Source: Octopus sinensis
Taxonomy: Eukaryota
NCBI RefSeq assembly: GCF_006345805.1
Contig: NW_021824828.1
Coordinates: 1-17,245, forward strand
Reading direction: 5' to 3'
DNA: 17,245 nt
In this document: positions 1 to 10,298 of the stretch, piece after piece
Position numbering within the stretch: the stretch's first letter is position 1
Layout: every line of letters begins with the position of its first letter
Position numbers and translations under genes: made by a program
Notes under the pieces: generated by a model
The model's input: the letters and a program-made list of their open reading frames with translations, nothing else
Database searches by the model: none
Told to the model about the DNA's origin: nothing

Positions 1-159
1 GCTATACCTCATATACACCTACGTGTATATACAACATATACGCGTGTATATTCGACACATACCAAGTGTAAGCTGTCAGATGTAAAATATTTTCAGATTA
101 TTTCCAAACCCACTCTTAATACTACATGACATACACAATACCACAACAAGCACAACAAA

Positions 160-341
160 CATATACATACATACATACACCATACATACCTACATACATA
201 CATACATACATACATACATGCATACATATGTGTGTGTATATATATATATTATATATATCTATATATCTATATATATATATATGTATGCATAGGTACATAT
301 GTTATATATATATACGTACTGCATCATTCATATATAAATAA

Positions 342-397
<56 letters not shown>

Positions 398-420
398 GTA
401 CAGATATATATACACATACA
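160..420. repeat. Compound microsatellite (TACA)n/(TA)n
   Basis: Directly visible tandem ACAT and AT runs. Confidence 0.95.
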
Positions 421-466
421 CTTACACACATTCGTCTGTCCTGTTTTGTTTACCGCACATGCTTGA

Positions 467-574
467 GCGTGTGTGTACGTGTGTGTACGTGTACGTGTGT
501 GTGTGTGCGAGTTTGTGTATACCTCATAACGGTGGAACGCGGAAGAATTATATATTTTTATATGTGTAGGTGCG

Positions 575-619
<45 letters not shown>
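467..619. repeat. (TG)n microsatellites, interrupted
   Basis: TG runs at ~467-507 and ~579-619. Confidence 0.9.
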
Positions 620-622
<3 letters not shown>

Positions 623-1066
623 CCAATGTGAAACCAAACCCAAAGTTAGGTTGCCTGTTGGATGTTTATCTTCGCCAACACTGTCGGCTCCTCCTTTTAC
701 ACGTTGACAACGATTAAACCATTCTCAAACAGCTTCATTACTGAGGTAATAAATAAAATATACAGGCCAACACTCAGACGAATGTAATCTCGTTGTGAAA
801 TTAATCCCACGAGGGCCTTCTTCGCAAGCTTCAAATGAGGTTCGAACTGACTCTCGTCTCCCGTACACTCAGAACTTGCGATAATACGTAGTAAATTGAA
901 AGCTACATATTAAAATGTAAGATTACTTAGATTATTTAGATAAGTTTCGACCGAAGTTAGCTCAGGCCACATGTCTAATTTCATAGCACCACCTTGACGT
1001 CGACAATTATATACCTCGGCCACAAACTTATTTGCATAATGGTGCAAGGGTCATATCACCGTCGTT

Positions 1067-1097
<31 letters not shown>

Positions 1098-1243
1098 ACA
1101 ACATCATCATCATCATCATCATCACCATCACCATCACCATCATCACCATCACCATCATCATCATCATCATCTTCATCATTATCATCATCATCATCATCAT
1201 CATCAACATCATCATCATCATCATCATCACCACCACCACCACT

Positions 1244-1274
<31 letters not shown>

Positions 1275-1427
1275 CCACCACCACTATCATCATCACCATC
1301 ATCATCATCATCATCATCAACATCATCATCATCAACATCATCATCATCAACATCATCATCAACACATCATCATCATCATCATCGTCATCACCACCACCAC
1401 CACTATCATCATCACCATCATCATCAA

Positions 1428-1462
<35 letters not shown>

Positions 1463-1595
1463 ACATCATCATCATCAACATCATCATCAACATCATCATC
1501 ATCATCAACATCATCATCATCAACATCATCATCATCACATCATCATCACATTCAGACCTCCTTGTACATCATCATCATCATCATCATCATCATCA
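1067..1595. repeat. Long imperfect (CAT)n trinucleotide repeat, ~530 bp
   Basis: CAT units with CAC/CAA/TAT variants. This explains the poly-His/Ser/Ile/Met ORFs in the track. Confidence 0.97.
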
Positions 1596-1663
1596 ACCTC
1601 ATCGTTATCCTCGCTGTTGTCATTTTTGTCATCACTATCTTCTTCAACTCCCCCCTCCCACCC

Positions 1664-1670
1664 CTCTCTT

Positions 1671-1709
<39 letters not shown>

Positions 1710-1710
1710 C
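1664..1710. repeat. (CT)n polypyrimidine microsatellite
   Basis: Visible CT run ending TTTCTTTCAG at 1712. Confidence 0.9.
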
Positions 1711-1952
1711 AGATCTGGCGAGGGATGGGCCCTGCCAGATTTTGATGCTCATGACGCGACGTGTGATTCGACGTGTGCCTCGACGTGTGCCTCTGAGTCT
1801 GCACTCTAATGGGAATCAAGAAACCAAGGAAGAAAGATTTATAGCTGTGACGTAACCAGGATGCATGCCGTAGGGAGCAGCCCTTGAGTTTGTCACTTCC
1901 ACTCACTGGAACCCTACTCTCTATGCATCCTTATACAGCAGACCGCAAAAGT

Positions 1953-2346
1953 GTGGTGGAAGCACTCCGTCGTTTACGACGACGAGGGTTCCGGTTGATC
2001 CGAATCAACAGAACAGCCTGCTCGTGAAATTAACGTGTAAGTGGATGAGCACTCCACAGACACGTGCACCCTTAACGTAGTTCTCGGGGATATTCAGCGT
2101 GACACAGAGAGTGACAAGGCCGGCCCTTTGAAATACAGGTACAACAGAAACAGGAAGTAAGAGTGAGAGAAAGTTGTGGTGAAAGAGTACAGCAGGGATC
2201 ACCACCATCCCCACTCCCACCGGAGCCTCGTGGAGCTTTAGGTGTTTTCGCTCAATAAACACTCACAACGCCCGGTCTGGGAATCGAAACCGCGATCCTA
2301 CGACCGCGAGTCCGCTGCCCTAACCACTGGGCCATTGCGCCTCCAC
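1953..2346 (-). mobile_element. Full-length tRNA-derived SINE (family A, OR1-like), 394 bp
   Basis: Minus-strand head GTGGAGGCGCAATGGCCCAGTGGTTAGG...GGTTTCGATTCCC carries Pol III A/B-box-like motifs. Perfect 11-bp TSD ACCGCAAAAGT at 1942-1952 and 2347-2357. Near-identical inverted copy at 9383-9775. Family name is from recollection. Confidence 0.92.
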
Positions 2347-2534
2347 ACCGCAAAAGTACCACCCCGCCATAAAGGCAGACTGCCCTCGCTCCTTCGCCCA
2401 TCCCCGCCACAAGCCAAACTAATGAGTTATAGATTGGATTTTGTAAGGACCTAACGTCTTTTCTTCTTTACTTAGCATATTGTCTTGAAATTACCTTGAT
2501 TGATAAATTTAGGTTTTTTTTTTCTTTTGTCAGA

Positions 2535-2545
2535 GTTGTTGATGT

Positions 2546-2590
<45 letters not shown>

Positions 2591-2853
2591 GATGATGCTG
2601 ATGTTTAGATCCAGGTCGCCCTTGAGATCAAGCAGACTTATGATTAAAGGTGTTATATTCATCTTCGGGTCTTTTGTTTTTCAGTTCGCACACACACACA
2701 CACACACACATACACACACACATACACACACACACAACACACACACACACACACACATACGCGGGTACACTCGCACGCACACGCACACACACGCACACAC
2801 ACGCATGCACACACACAGACACAGACACACACACACACACAAATGAATGTTAG
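2535..2853 (+). repeat. Copy 1 of a duplicated module: (GAT)n + ~90-bp core + (CA)n + AAATGAATGTTAG
   Basis: Core ATGTTTAGATCCAGGTCGCCC...TTTTCAGTTCGC recurs at 4053-4141 with few substitutions and the same flanking microsatellites. Confidence 0.85.
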
Positions 2854-3233
2854 CAAATATGTCCTTTGTCAAATGTTGACCCCAGCGGTCACGAACAAAT
2901 CTTTTTATGATCACACAAGAATATTTGTTTAATATTTGTATTGAATCATTTCTTTCCTAACCGTGTGACGTGTGTGACACATTTTCAGAAGGAATGCTTT
3001 ACAATTTACAACAGAGGTTTTAACCTGGAAGTGTCTGCACCACCCCCGGGGAATGCGAGAAAACATTTTCAGAGAATACGGCAACATCTCTGAGTGGTGA
3101 AGAGTGAGGGTCGTGGTAAATGGTTGGGAACTATTTATAATAACTGATAATGTTGGATGTTTTGGTTATCCTTCTTAATTGGCTCATTTCGGGAACGAAA
3201 CCCCGAGCCAGGTTCAAATATATCTTTCCTTCT

Positions 3234-3311
3234 ATTCTTTAATTCCTTTTATTCTTTAATTCCTTTTATTCTTTTATTCCTTTTATTCTTTTATTCCTTT
3301 ATACTTTTTAT
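3234..3311. repeat. Pyrimidine-rich ~17-bp minisatellite (TATTCTTTAATTCCTTT)
   Basis: About 4.5 imperfect tandem units visible. Confidence 0.75.
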
Positions 3312-3699
3312 ACCACTGTTAGGAACCGAAATTGAAACCGAATTTCGCATTCGACAGTTTGTACACTTAACTCCACTATATTGACGCAAGCCAGCAGGTG
3401 AGCCTTCTATGGTTTCCTACGATGCAAAAGATAGCAGCCAAATCTCCTACAAACTACATTCTACCGCAATAAAAAAAAGTAATAACTTAAAGACACGTTT
3501 GCATGACCCAGATACGTTGTCTGGAAAATAAGAAAAAGGTGGGAAGGTCACGAATAGAATGCCATTTATCACTAAGTTTGCTTAAACGGGACTGACTTGC
3601 AGTTAAACAACATTGCCACCTATCAATTAGTAGTGGCAATGCTGGAGCTTCGTCATCATCGGCACTTATGGATCTTCTGTCGGCTGCTATGATGAGCAT

Positions 3700-3828
3700 T
3701 GACTTATCCGTTCAACTGAGTTATCTGGTCGCTATGTTAACGTGTAAGTGGTTGAGTGTTCCGTAGATATTCGTACCCTTATAACACTTCTCATACAGAA
3801 TTGATGTTGACATAATGTGTGACGATAT
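3700..3828 (-). mobile_element. Old, degraded fragment of the family A SINE 3' domain
   Basis: TTAACGTGTAAGTGGTTGAG...GTACCCTT...TGTGTGAC aligns by eye with TTAACGTGTAAGTGGATGAG...GCACCCTT...GAGTGAC at 2030-2115. Confidence 0.6.
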
Positions 3829-3860
3829 TAAAACTTCTTGAATCCGGAAACGAACTACCA

Positions 3861-3900
3861 CAGCTTCCGTCTACCTGATTCTATTTACAAGGCTTGGATC
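3861..3900 (-). mobile_element. Short degraded OK-like SINE fragment
   Basis: CAGCTTCCGTCTACC...ACAAGGCTTGGATC resembles CAGTTTCCGTCTACC...ACAAGGCTTTGGTC at 8889-8927. Confidence 0.5.
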
Positions 3901-4009
3901 ATCCTGAACTCATAGTTAAGCGTTCAAGGATGGCGATGCGAAGCGAACTCAGCCACACCTGGACTCATCATTAATCTGATAGGATCTTATAAAGTGGGGA
4001 TGAGCTTAC

Positions 4010-4233
4010 GTTGTTGTTGTTGATGATGATGACGACGATGATGATGATGATGATGTTTAGATCCAGCTCGCCCTAGAGATCAAGCAGATTTATGATTAAA
4101 GGTGTTATAACCATCTTCGTGTCTTTTGTTTTTCAGTTCGCGCACACACACACGCGTACACACGCACGCACACACACATACACACACACACACACACAAC
4201 ACACACACATACTCATACATAAATAAATGTTAG
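4010..4233 (+). repeat. Copy 2 of the duplicated (GAT)n-core-(CA)n module
   Basis: Same core and order as 2535-2853. Confidence 0.85.
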
Positions 4234-4282
4234 TATATATGTGTATTTGGGCATGTATGTATATGTGTGTGTACATGTATAA

Positions 4283-4313
<31 letters not shown>

Positions 4314-4315
4314 AT

Positions 4316-4668
4316 ATATTACAAAATAAGAAAATGGATATCTTACTTATTGATGTATATTGTTTTATTCTGTCTTATTCTGTTGGATTTGGATGTTCCT
4401 ATTTAATCTAAATAATCAGTTAATAAATTATATGAATTGGTATTATCTGAAAGTTGATGATTGTAAGAAATCTATTCCTCCATTTTCTTATTTTGTATTA
4501 TGAATTTGAGGTAAAACATTTTACCTTCACCCATATAATACAATAAATGAATTAATTGCATTGCAATTCTTAGCATTTATGCATTAGCCTTCTGGGTTCT
4601 TTACTAGCTGTATATTGGATATATGATATCCCATAGTGGGTTACACTCATAACCCCTATCTCACTTTG

Positions 4669-4674
<6 letters not shown>
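4316..4674 (+). mobile_element. AT-rich ~360-bp element embedded in (TA)n, with inverted repeats; possible Penelope-like/retrozyme derivative
   Basis: (TA)n on both sides. Perfect 19-bp inverted repeat at 4320-4338 / 4479-4497. Imperfect terminal inverted repeat ATATTACAAAATAAGA / TCTCACTTTGTAATAT. Degenerate hammerhead-like core at 4454-4477. Confidence 0.5.
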
Positions 4675-4714
<40 letters not shown>

Positions 4715-5335
4715 TGTGTAGCATTTCTGTGGCTAGATTATGCAATACGCCATTTTTAAACTTTTAAAGAGGATAGGATATCATTTGAAAGATATTTAGC
4801 GTCTATTTCTTGCAGGTCAAATATAAGGGAGCTCTCACGTTGATTTAAACGCAGTTTTACTTTTCTTAACGGTATCGATAAAATTTCTAAACAAACTTAT
4901 ATATGATTTTAAACATATTTTTAGCTTCGCAATAAGAAAATATACACCGTTATTGAAACACGAGGCCTTTCTTAACAGCCAGGATAAAAGATCGACTGGA
5001 TTAATCGATCACTTTCGGTTTTCATTAAAGCGTCCGTCGAGAACAAAAAATACAAAGCAGATCTAGGCAGGAAAACATTAATGAATAAGATATATATATT
5101 CTATACAGATTTTTCCACAATAGTCGTAGATAGATTATGAAGATAACACTGATAATATATCACGATGCTATACTAAATACGCTGTCAATATTCATTAGTC
5201 ACGAACAAAACTAATAACTTGGTTAATGGCTTACAAAGCTAACGGTCAGTCAAAATTCGACTTCCGAAGGTAATGTTGTGATCAGTTATAGTGACTCTGC
5301 CAACTAAAAAAAAAAAGGCAGCGACACACACCAAT

Positions 5336-5382
5336 ATCACCTCGTCCTGAAGATGAGGCTACGAAAGCTTAGAAGTGTTGAT
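5336..5382 (+). ncRNA. Degenerate minimal type I hammerhead ribozyme-like motif
   Basis: CTGAAGA at 5347-5353, 9-nt poorly paired stem II, GAAA at 5363-5366, GCT, then TA at 5370-5371. Stem I arms ATCACCTCGTC / GAAGTGTTGAT are complementary at 8 of 11 positions. Confidence 0.45.
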
Positions 5383-5653
5383 GATGGATGTAGGGACTTA
5401 ACGGTCGCAAACAGACTGCAAAGAATTCTTAGGAATATAGGATGAAAATCTTGATTTAAAAAGGCTAAAACTAGGACATGTATACAAACATACATATAGA
5501 CTGACAGATAGTCTGAGAGAGAGAGAGAGAGAATGCGAGCCTCATATATTTTTGTCATATATGAAGCAGGGTTACACAAATGATACAGGTTTTCGTTCCA
5601 TATCACCTTTTAATCGACTGTATACTTCAGTGGATCAAGAACATACATAATAT

Positions 5654-5957
5654 CACGTGATCACGTGACCGACCAGACCATCAGATGTTTTACACATCGC
5701 TGGTCACAATGCGTTCGCATTGTTTTAGCCTTCGAATGACGCCACCCCGCTGGCTAAGCGAGCAGGCCAACAGACGAAAGAGTGGGAGAAAGTGTCGTGA
5801 AAGAGTACAGCAGGGATCACCACGCCCTGCCGGAGCCTCGTGGAGCTTTTAGGTGTTTTCGCTCAATAAACACTCACAACACCCGGTCGGGGAATCGAAA
5901 CCGCGATCCTACGACTGCGAGTCCGCTGCCCTAACCACTAGGTCATTGCGCCTCCAC
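5654..5957 (-). mobile_element. tRNA-derived SINE sharing the family A head but with a different 3' half (possibly OR2-like)
   Basis: About 5777-5957 matches the head of 1953-2346, while 5654-5776 is unrelated to the family A tail. TSD (AC)ATAATAT at 5645-5653 and 5956-5964. Confidence 0.85.
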
Positions 5958-5960
5958 ATA

Positions 5961-6190
5961 ATATAATGTAATATAATATAAATTAATATAATGTACAATC
6001 ATGGAAAACTCCTCTAAAGCACTCGGATTTTCCTGGCAAATTACTGAATATCTAAATATTGCATGTGAGCCTTCCATATAATGTAATATAATATAAATTA
6101 ATATAATGTACAATCATGGAAAACTCCTCTAAAGCACTCGGATTTTCCTGGCAAATTACTGAATATCTAAATATTGCATGTGAGCCTTCC
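5961..6190. repeat. Perfect 115-bp tandem duplication
   Basis: 5961-6075 is identical by eye to 6076-6190. Confidence 0.92.
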
Positions 6191-6920
6191 ATGTTTGTAC
6201 AATATATTAAAATATATTCCTCTATCTCAATGATATTCACCCCCCCACACACACACACATGAATATATATATGTATCTGAATGCATCCATTCATACATAT
6301 ATACACATATAAATATACATACATACAGACAGATAGACGTCCGTACGTACATATATATTGTTTACTATTAGATCTATTGTCATAACCATTTTTTTTAATC
6401 CTTAATTTTGAATTTAAATTCCATATTCTATTGCCTCTCGTTTTTGAAAATTCGATTTTTCCCAGTCGATTTCGATTTATGGAAGAGTAAGTTTTATCAT
6501 TTGAAATTCCAATCTAAAAAAAAAAATATGAAAATTGTTTTAAATTGACACCCCCTACTCAAAGTTTATTTCCTAGTCATCACACCCCATGTGTTCCACT
6601 GAATATCTTTAGTTTTATCTCCTTTACCTCATTCTTTAAAGAAATTTATTGCCAAGAATTTGGTGAAAACGCAAAACGGTAAACATATCAATTAGAATGC
6701 TATGTAGAGAAGAGCTATTTAATGATTTGTGTAGGACGCTTCTTTAGTTGGGAAAGAATGGAAAGCATTAGTCTTTATTACGAATGTTGGATCTGAAATG
6801 TAAACAAATGATTCACATGCTCGACAATGAGCAACGCAGTTCTTCAGATTCGAAAGAAACGAATGAGTTAGACTCTTTAAAAACTGATGCACTCTATGTA
6901 TATACAAATGATTCACCAGG

Positions 6921-6989
6921 TTCCCGCTGAGGATCTGATGAAGACAGGTTCTGTCCTAATAAGAGAAATAGCTCTTCATAGGGTGGGAA
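6921..6989 (+). ncRNA. Degenerate type I hammerhead ribozyme-like motif with long stem II
   Basis: CTGAGGA at 6927-6933, then an imperfect hairpin TCTGATGAAGACAG-GTT-CTGTCCTAATAAGA at 6934-6964 and GAAA at 6965-6968. Flanks TTCCCG and TGGGAA can pair, but the register at the cleavage site is imperfect. Confidence 0.4.
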
Positions 6990-7201
6990 AGATAGGAAGT
7001 GGTCGATTCTATCGTGACTAGTAAATCACAATTATAGACATACCGCTTCCTTGACGCAGAGGAAATAATCTAATGAAGTCAGCGACAGCCCAAATAGGGA
7101 AATTGCCGTATGCGCCGCTGTATAAAACACACTCTCGTAAAAGACTTGCTCCTATTTTACGAGTATACTTTGTCGGGATAAAATTTAATGTGTTTAGTCA
7201 T

Positions 7202-7518
7202 AGGCCCAGGTATGGCTGTGTGGTTAAGGAGCCCACTTTGCAACCACGAGGTTTCGCGTTCAATTCCACAGCGCGACACCTTGGGCAAATATCTGCTATC
7301 AGAGCCGCGAGTCGATCACCGTCTTCTGAGAGAATTTAGTTGGTAGAAATTGTATGGGAGATCTTCAAGAAGCTTGCTTCCCAACCACATGGTTCCAAGT
7401 TCAGTTCCACGGCGTGGCACCTTGGGCAAGTGTCTTCTGCTATAGCCTCGGGCCAACCTAAGCCTTGTGACTGGATGTGGTAGACGGAAACTGAAAGAAG
7501 TCCGTCGTATATGTATAT

Positions 7519-7571
<53 letters not shown>

Positions 7572-7981
7572 CATATATGTGTGTGTGTGTGTGTGTGCGC
7601 GCGCGTCTGTGTTTGTTCCCCCTCCGCCATCGCTTAACTATCGGTGTTGGTATGTTTACGTCCACGTAACTTAGCGGTTCGGCAAAAGAGACCGATAAAA
7701 TAAATACTAGGCTTACAAAGAATAAGTCCTGGGGTCGATTTGCTCGACTAAAGGCGGTGCTCCCGCATGGCTACCGTCAAATGACTGAAACAAATAAAAG
7801 AATATATACATGCAAGCGTGTATGTATGTATATATATATGCGTTTATGTTTGCCCGCCACCATCGCCATCACTTGATAGAATAAGTATCATACTGGAGTC
7901 AATTATTCGACTACACTCGTGAATGTGGTGCCCTGGTATGGCCGCAATCCAATGACTGAAACAAGTAAATCATAAAAGATA
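7202..7981 (+). mobile_element. Old OK-like SINE split into 7202-7366 and 7805-7981 by a younger copy
   Basis: Diverged head GGCCCAGGTATGGCTGTGTGGTTAAG...CACCTTGGGCAA. A diverged second tail ...ATGGCCGCAATCCAATGACTGAAACAAGTAAA follows the younger copy. Confidence 0.7.
7367..7804 (+). mobile_element. 5'-truncated OK-like SINE with internal (TA)n(TG)n
   Basis: High similarity to the reverse complements of 8314-9038 and 16100-16541. Tail AATGACTGAAACAAATAAAAGAATA. Confidence 0.9.
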
Positions 7982-8060
7982 CGCTTATTGAAAGATATCT
8001 TAAAATGGTTTTATAAAGGAAAATTTATGATTCTGTGCAGTGACAGTATACTAGAATCGT

Positions 8061-8213
8061 ATCAGGACAATCACCCCACCCCCGACGACAACAAGCCCCT
8101 GGGAAAATTAACCCCGTTGGTTAATTACCCTCTTTCCAATATATTAAGAAGTTTTTAAATCATAATCTGTTGTCCTCAAGGGTAATTATTTTTGGGAAGT
8201 TGTTGTCCATGAT
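8061..8213. mobile_element. Degraded palindromic MITE-like element
   Basis: Terminal ATCAGGACAA / TTGTCCATGAT. Perfect internal inverted repeat TAATTACCCT (8122-8131) / AGGGTAATTA (8179-8188). Repeated GACAA/TTGTC motifs. Confidence 0.4.
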
Positions 8214-8313
8214 GGATAAACGTCCAAGACTCACTAGGATACAGTATGAAGCCACAAATTTATCATACATAGATTACGTTATACGAATACGGGTATTTCA
8301 ACTGTCAGTCGAA

Positions 8314-9038
8314 CTCTTTTACTCTTTTGTCTTTTACTTGTTTCAGTCATTTGACTGCGGCCATGCTAGAGCACCGCCTTTAGTCGAGCAAATCGACCCC
8401 AGGACTTATTCTTTGTAAGCCTAGTATTTATTCTATCGGTGTCTTTTTGCCGAACCGCTAAGTTACGAGGACGTAAACACACCACCATCGGTCAAGCGAT
8501 CTTGGGGGGACAAACACAGCCACACAAACACACAAACACACACACACACAACACACACACACACACCACACACACACACACACATAATATATATATATAT
8601 CTATAATATATATATATATAAGTAGGAAAGAATGGAGCTAAGCGAAGATTTAACAAAATTCCTTTATTTTATTTTGGACATATGTTTCCTATACTTATAA
8701 TATTAAATTAAACTTCAAATTTCCGCACTAAGGCACAGAGTATATGCCCTATGGTCGTAACTTCAACCGTGTTCTTTCTGTTGTGAGTTTGCTACCCAGG
8801 CATCGGTTATCTTTCGAATTATCCGTAATAAGATAATTCATTCATCTACTTATATATATATATATATATATATACAACGGGCTTCTTTCAGTTTCCGTCT
8901 ACCAAATCCACTCACAAGGCTTTGGTCGACCCGAGGCTATAGCAGAAGACACTTGCCCAAGGTGCCACGCAGTGGGATTGAACCCAGAACCATGTGGTTG
9001 GTAAGCAAGCTACTTACCACACAGCCACTCCTGCGCCT
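8314..9038 (-). mobile_element. Full-length OK-like tRNA-derived SINE, interrupted by an insertion in its internal microsatellite
   Basis: Minus head AGGCGCAGGAGTGGCTGTGTGGTAAG...GGGTTCAATCCC with A/B-box-like motifs. (GTAAAAGA)n-type tail at 8314-8338. Internal (CA)n/(TA)n. Confidence 0.9.
8619..8852 (-). mobile_element. ~234-bp insertion within the (TA)n of an OK-like SINE, with imperfect terminal inverted repeats
   Basis: Absent from the other OK-like copies in the window. Ends TAAGTAGGAAAGAATGG / TCATTCATCTACTTA. Minus strand has GAAA-CATATG-TC (8677-8688) followed by AATAAA. Confidence 0.6.
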
Positions 9039-9382
9039 GTTTAGTTGTTTATATTTTTGTCAAGAGAATTGCTATCATTTAAGATGTACAACTCGTATTA
9101 TTGGTCCTTAATGTTTTATGTGACCGTGATCAGCGTCCCCACCACCACCACCAGGTTGGTGCACCTCTGCTGTACTTTCGTTGTCATCCATTCATTGCAA
9201 ATAACTTACAGGAGGAAGAAAATTTAATATTCCTTTCGTGTTTCTAGGAGAAATTTTTTTTTTATTTAGGTAATTAAAAAAATGTTTCGAAAAGTAATAC
9301 TGCCGTTAAATAACGTAAGGCATATATCAGGTGTTGTATATTCATAAGTTATGAATGTTGAGGAAGGCGTTATAATGAAATG

Positions 9383-9775
9383 GTGGAGGCGCCAAAGCCC
9401 AGTGGTTAGGGCAGCGGACTCGCGGTCGTAGGATCGCGGTTTCGATTCCCATACCGGGCGTTGTGAGTGTTTATTGAGCGAAAACACCTAAAGCTCCACG
9501 AGGCTCCGGCAGGGGATGGTGGTGATCCCTGCTGTACTCTTTCACGACAACTTTCTCTCACTCTCTCTTCCTGTTTCTGTTGTACCTGTATTTCAAAGGG
9601 CCGGCCTTGTCACTCTCTGTGTCACGCTGAATATCCCCGAGAACTACGTTAAGGGTACACGTGTCTGTGGAGTGCTCAGCCACTTACACGTTAATTTCAC
9701 GAGCAGGCTGTTCCGTTGATTCGGATCAACCGGAACCCTCGTCGTCGTAAACGACGGAGTGCTTCCATATATCCC
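9383..9775 (+). mobile_element. Full-length family A (OR1-like) SINE
   Basis: Near-identical to the reverse complement of 1953-2346. Perfect 11-bp TSD ATAATGAAATG at 9372-9382 and 9776-9786. Confidence 0.92.
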
Positions 9776-9896
9776 ATAATGAAATGATGTGACCGCTACA
9801 TAACTGCCGATGTACTGTAAGAAACTTTTCGTAAGCTTGTGCTGACAGCCTTTGACAATTTGGCTTGTTTCCAAAATATTATTTTTAGTAACAATG

Positions 9897-10217
9897 AAGG
9901 CGGCGTGATGGCAAAGTCGTTAGCGAGTCGGGCAAAATGCTTAGAGACTTTCCTTCCGGCTTTATCTTCTGAGTTCAAACTCCGCCGAGGCCGATCTTGC
10001 CTTTCATTCTCTCGGGGATCGATGAAATAAGCACCAGTCAAGCACTAGGGTCGATATAGTCGACAAGATCCCTCCTCAAAAAATTTCAGGCCTTGTGCCT
10101 ATAGTAGCGGCGGCTGTCTGTCGTAGGCCGGCGCTGACTGTTCTGTTCAGACCACTTTTCTGAACAAAATGCCTTGGCTGGCGAGTAACACAGTTGGCTT
10201 GTCCCCACCCCCAACCA

Positions 10218-10298
<81 letters not shown>

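Noticed and set aside
994-1809. 271-aa and 237-aa poly-His/Ser/Ile ORFs
   Set aside because: They are translations of a (CAT)n microsatellite that is stop-free in multiple frames, with no domain or coding signature.
2005-2454. Near-identical ORFs here and at 9266-9719 that look like paralogous genes
   Set aside because: They are incidental frames in two copies of the same TSD-flanked SINE.
3611-3641. Hairpin CATTGCCAC...GTGGCAATG and a protein-like reading frame (SSGNAGASSSSALMDLLSAAMM) nearby
   Set aside because: Too short for a pre-miRNA, with no recognisable homology or splice context, and the frame runs into a decayed SINE fragment.
6800-6850. Minus-strand CTGAAGA possible hammerhead (similar minus hits near 12544, 13573 and 14739)
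   Set aside because: There is no correctly placed GAAA and no stem I pairing.
9383-9460. tRNA-like sequence (also 2270-2346, 5880-5957, 8965-9038)
   Set aside because: These are SINE heads: the acceptor stem is not properly paired and the sequence continues into a SINE body.
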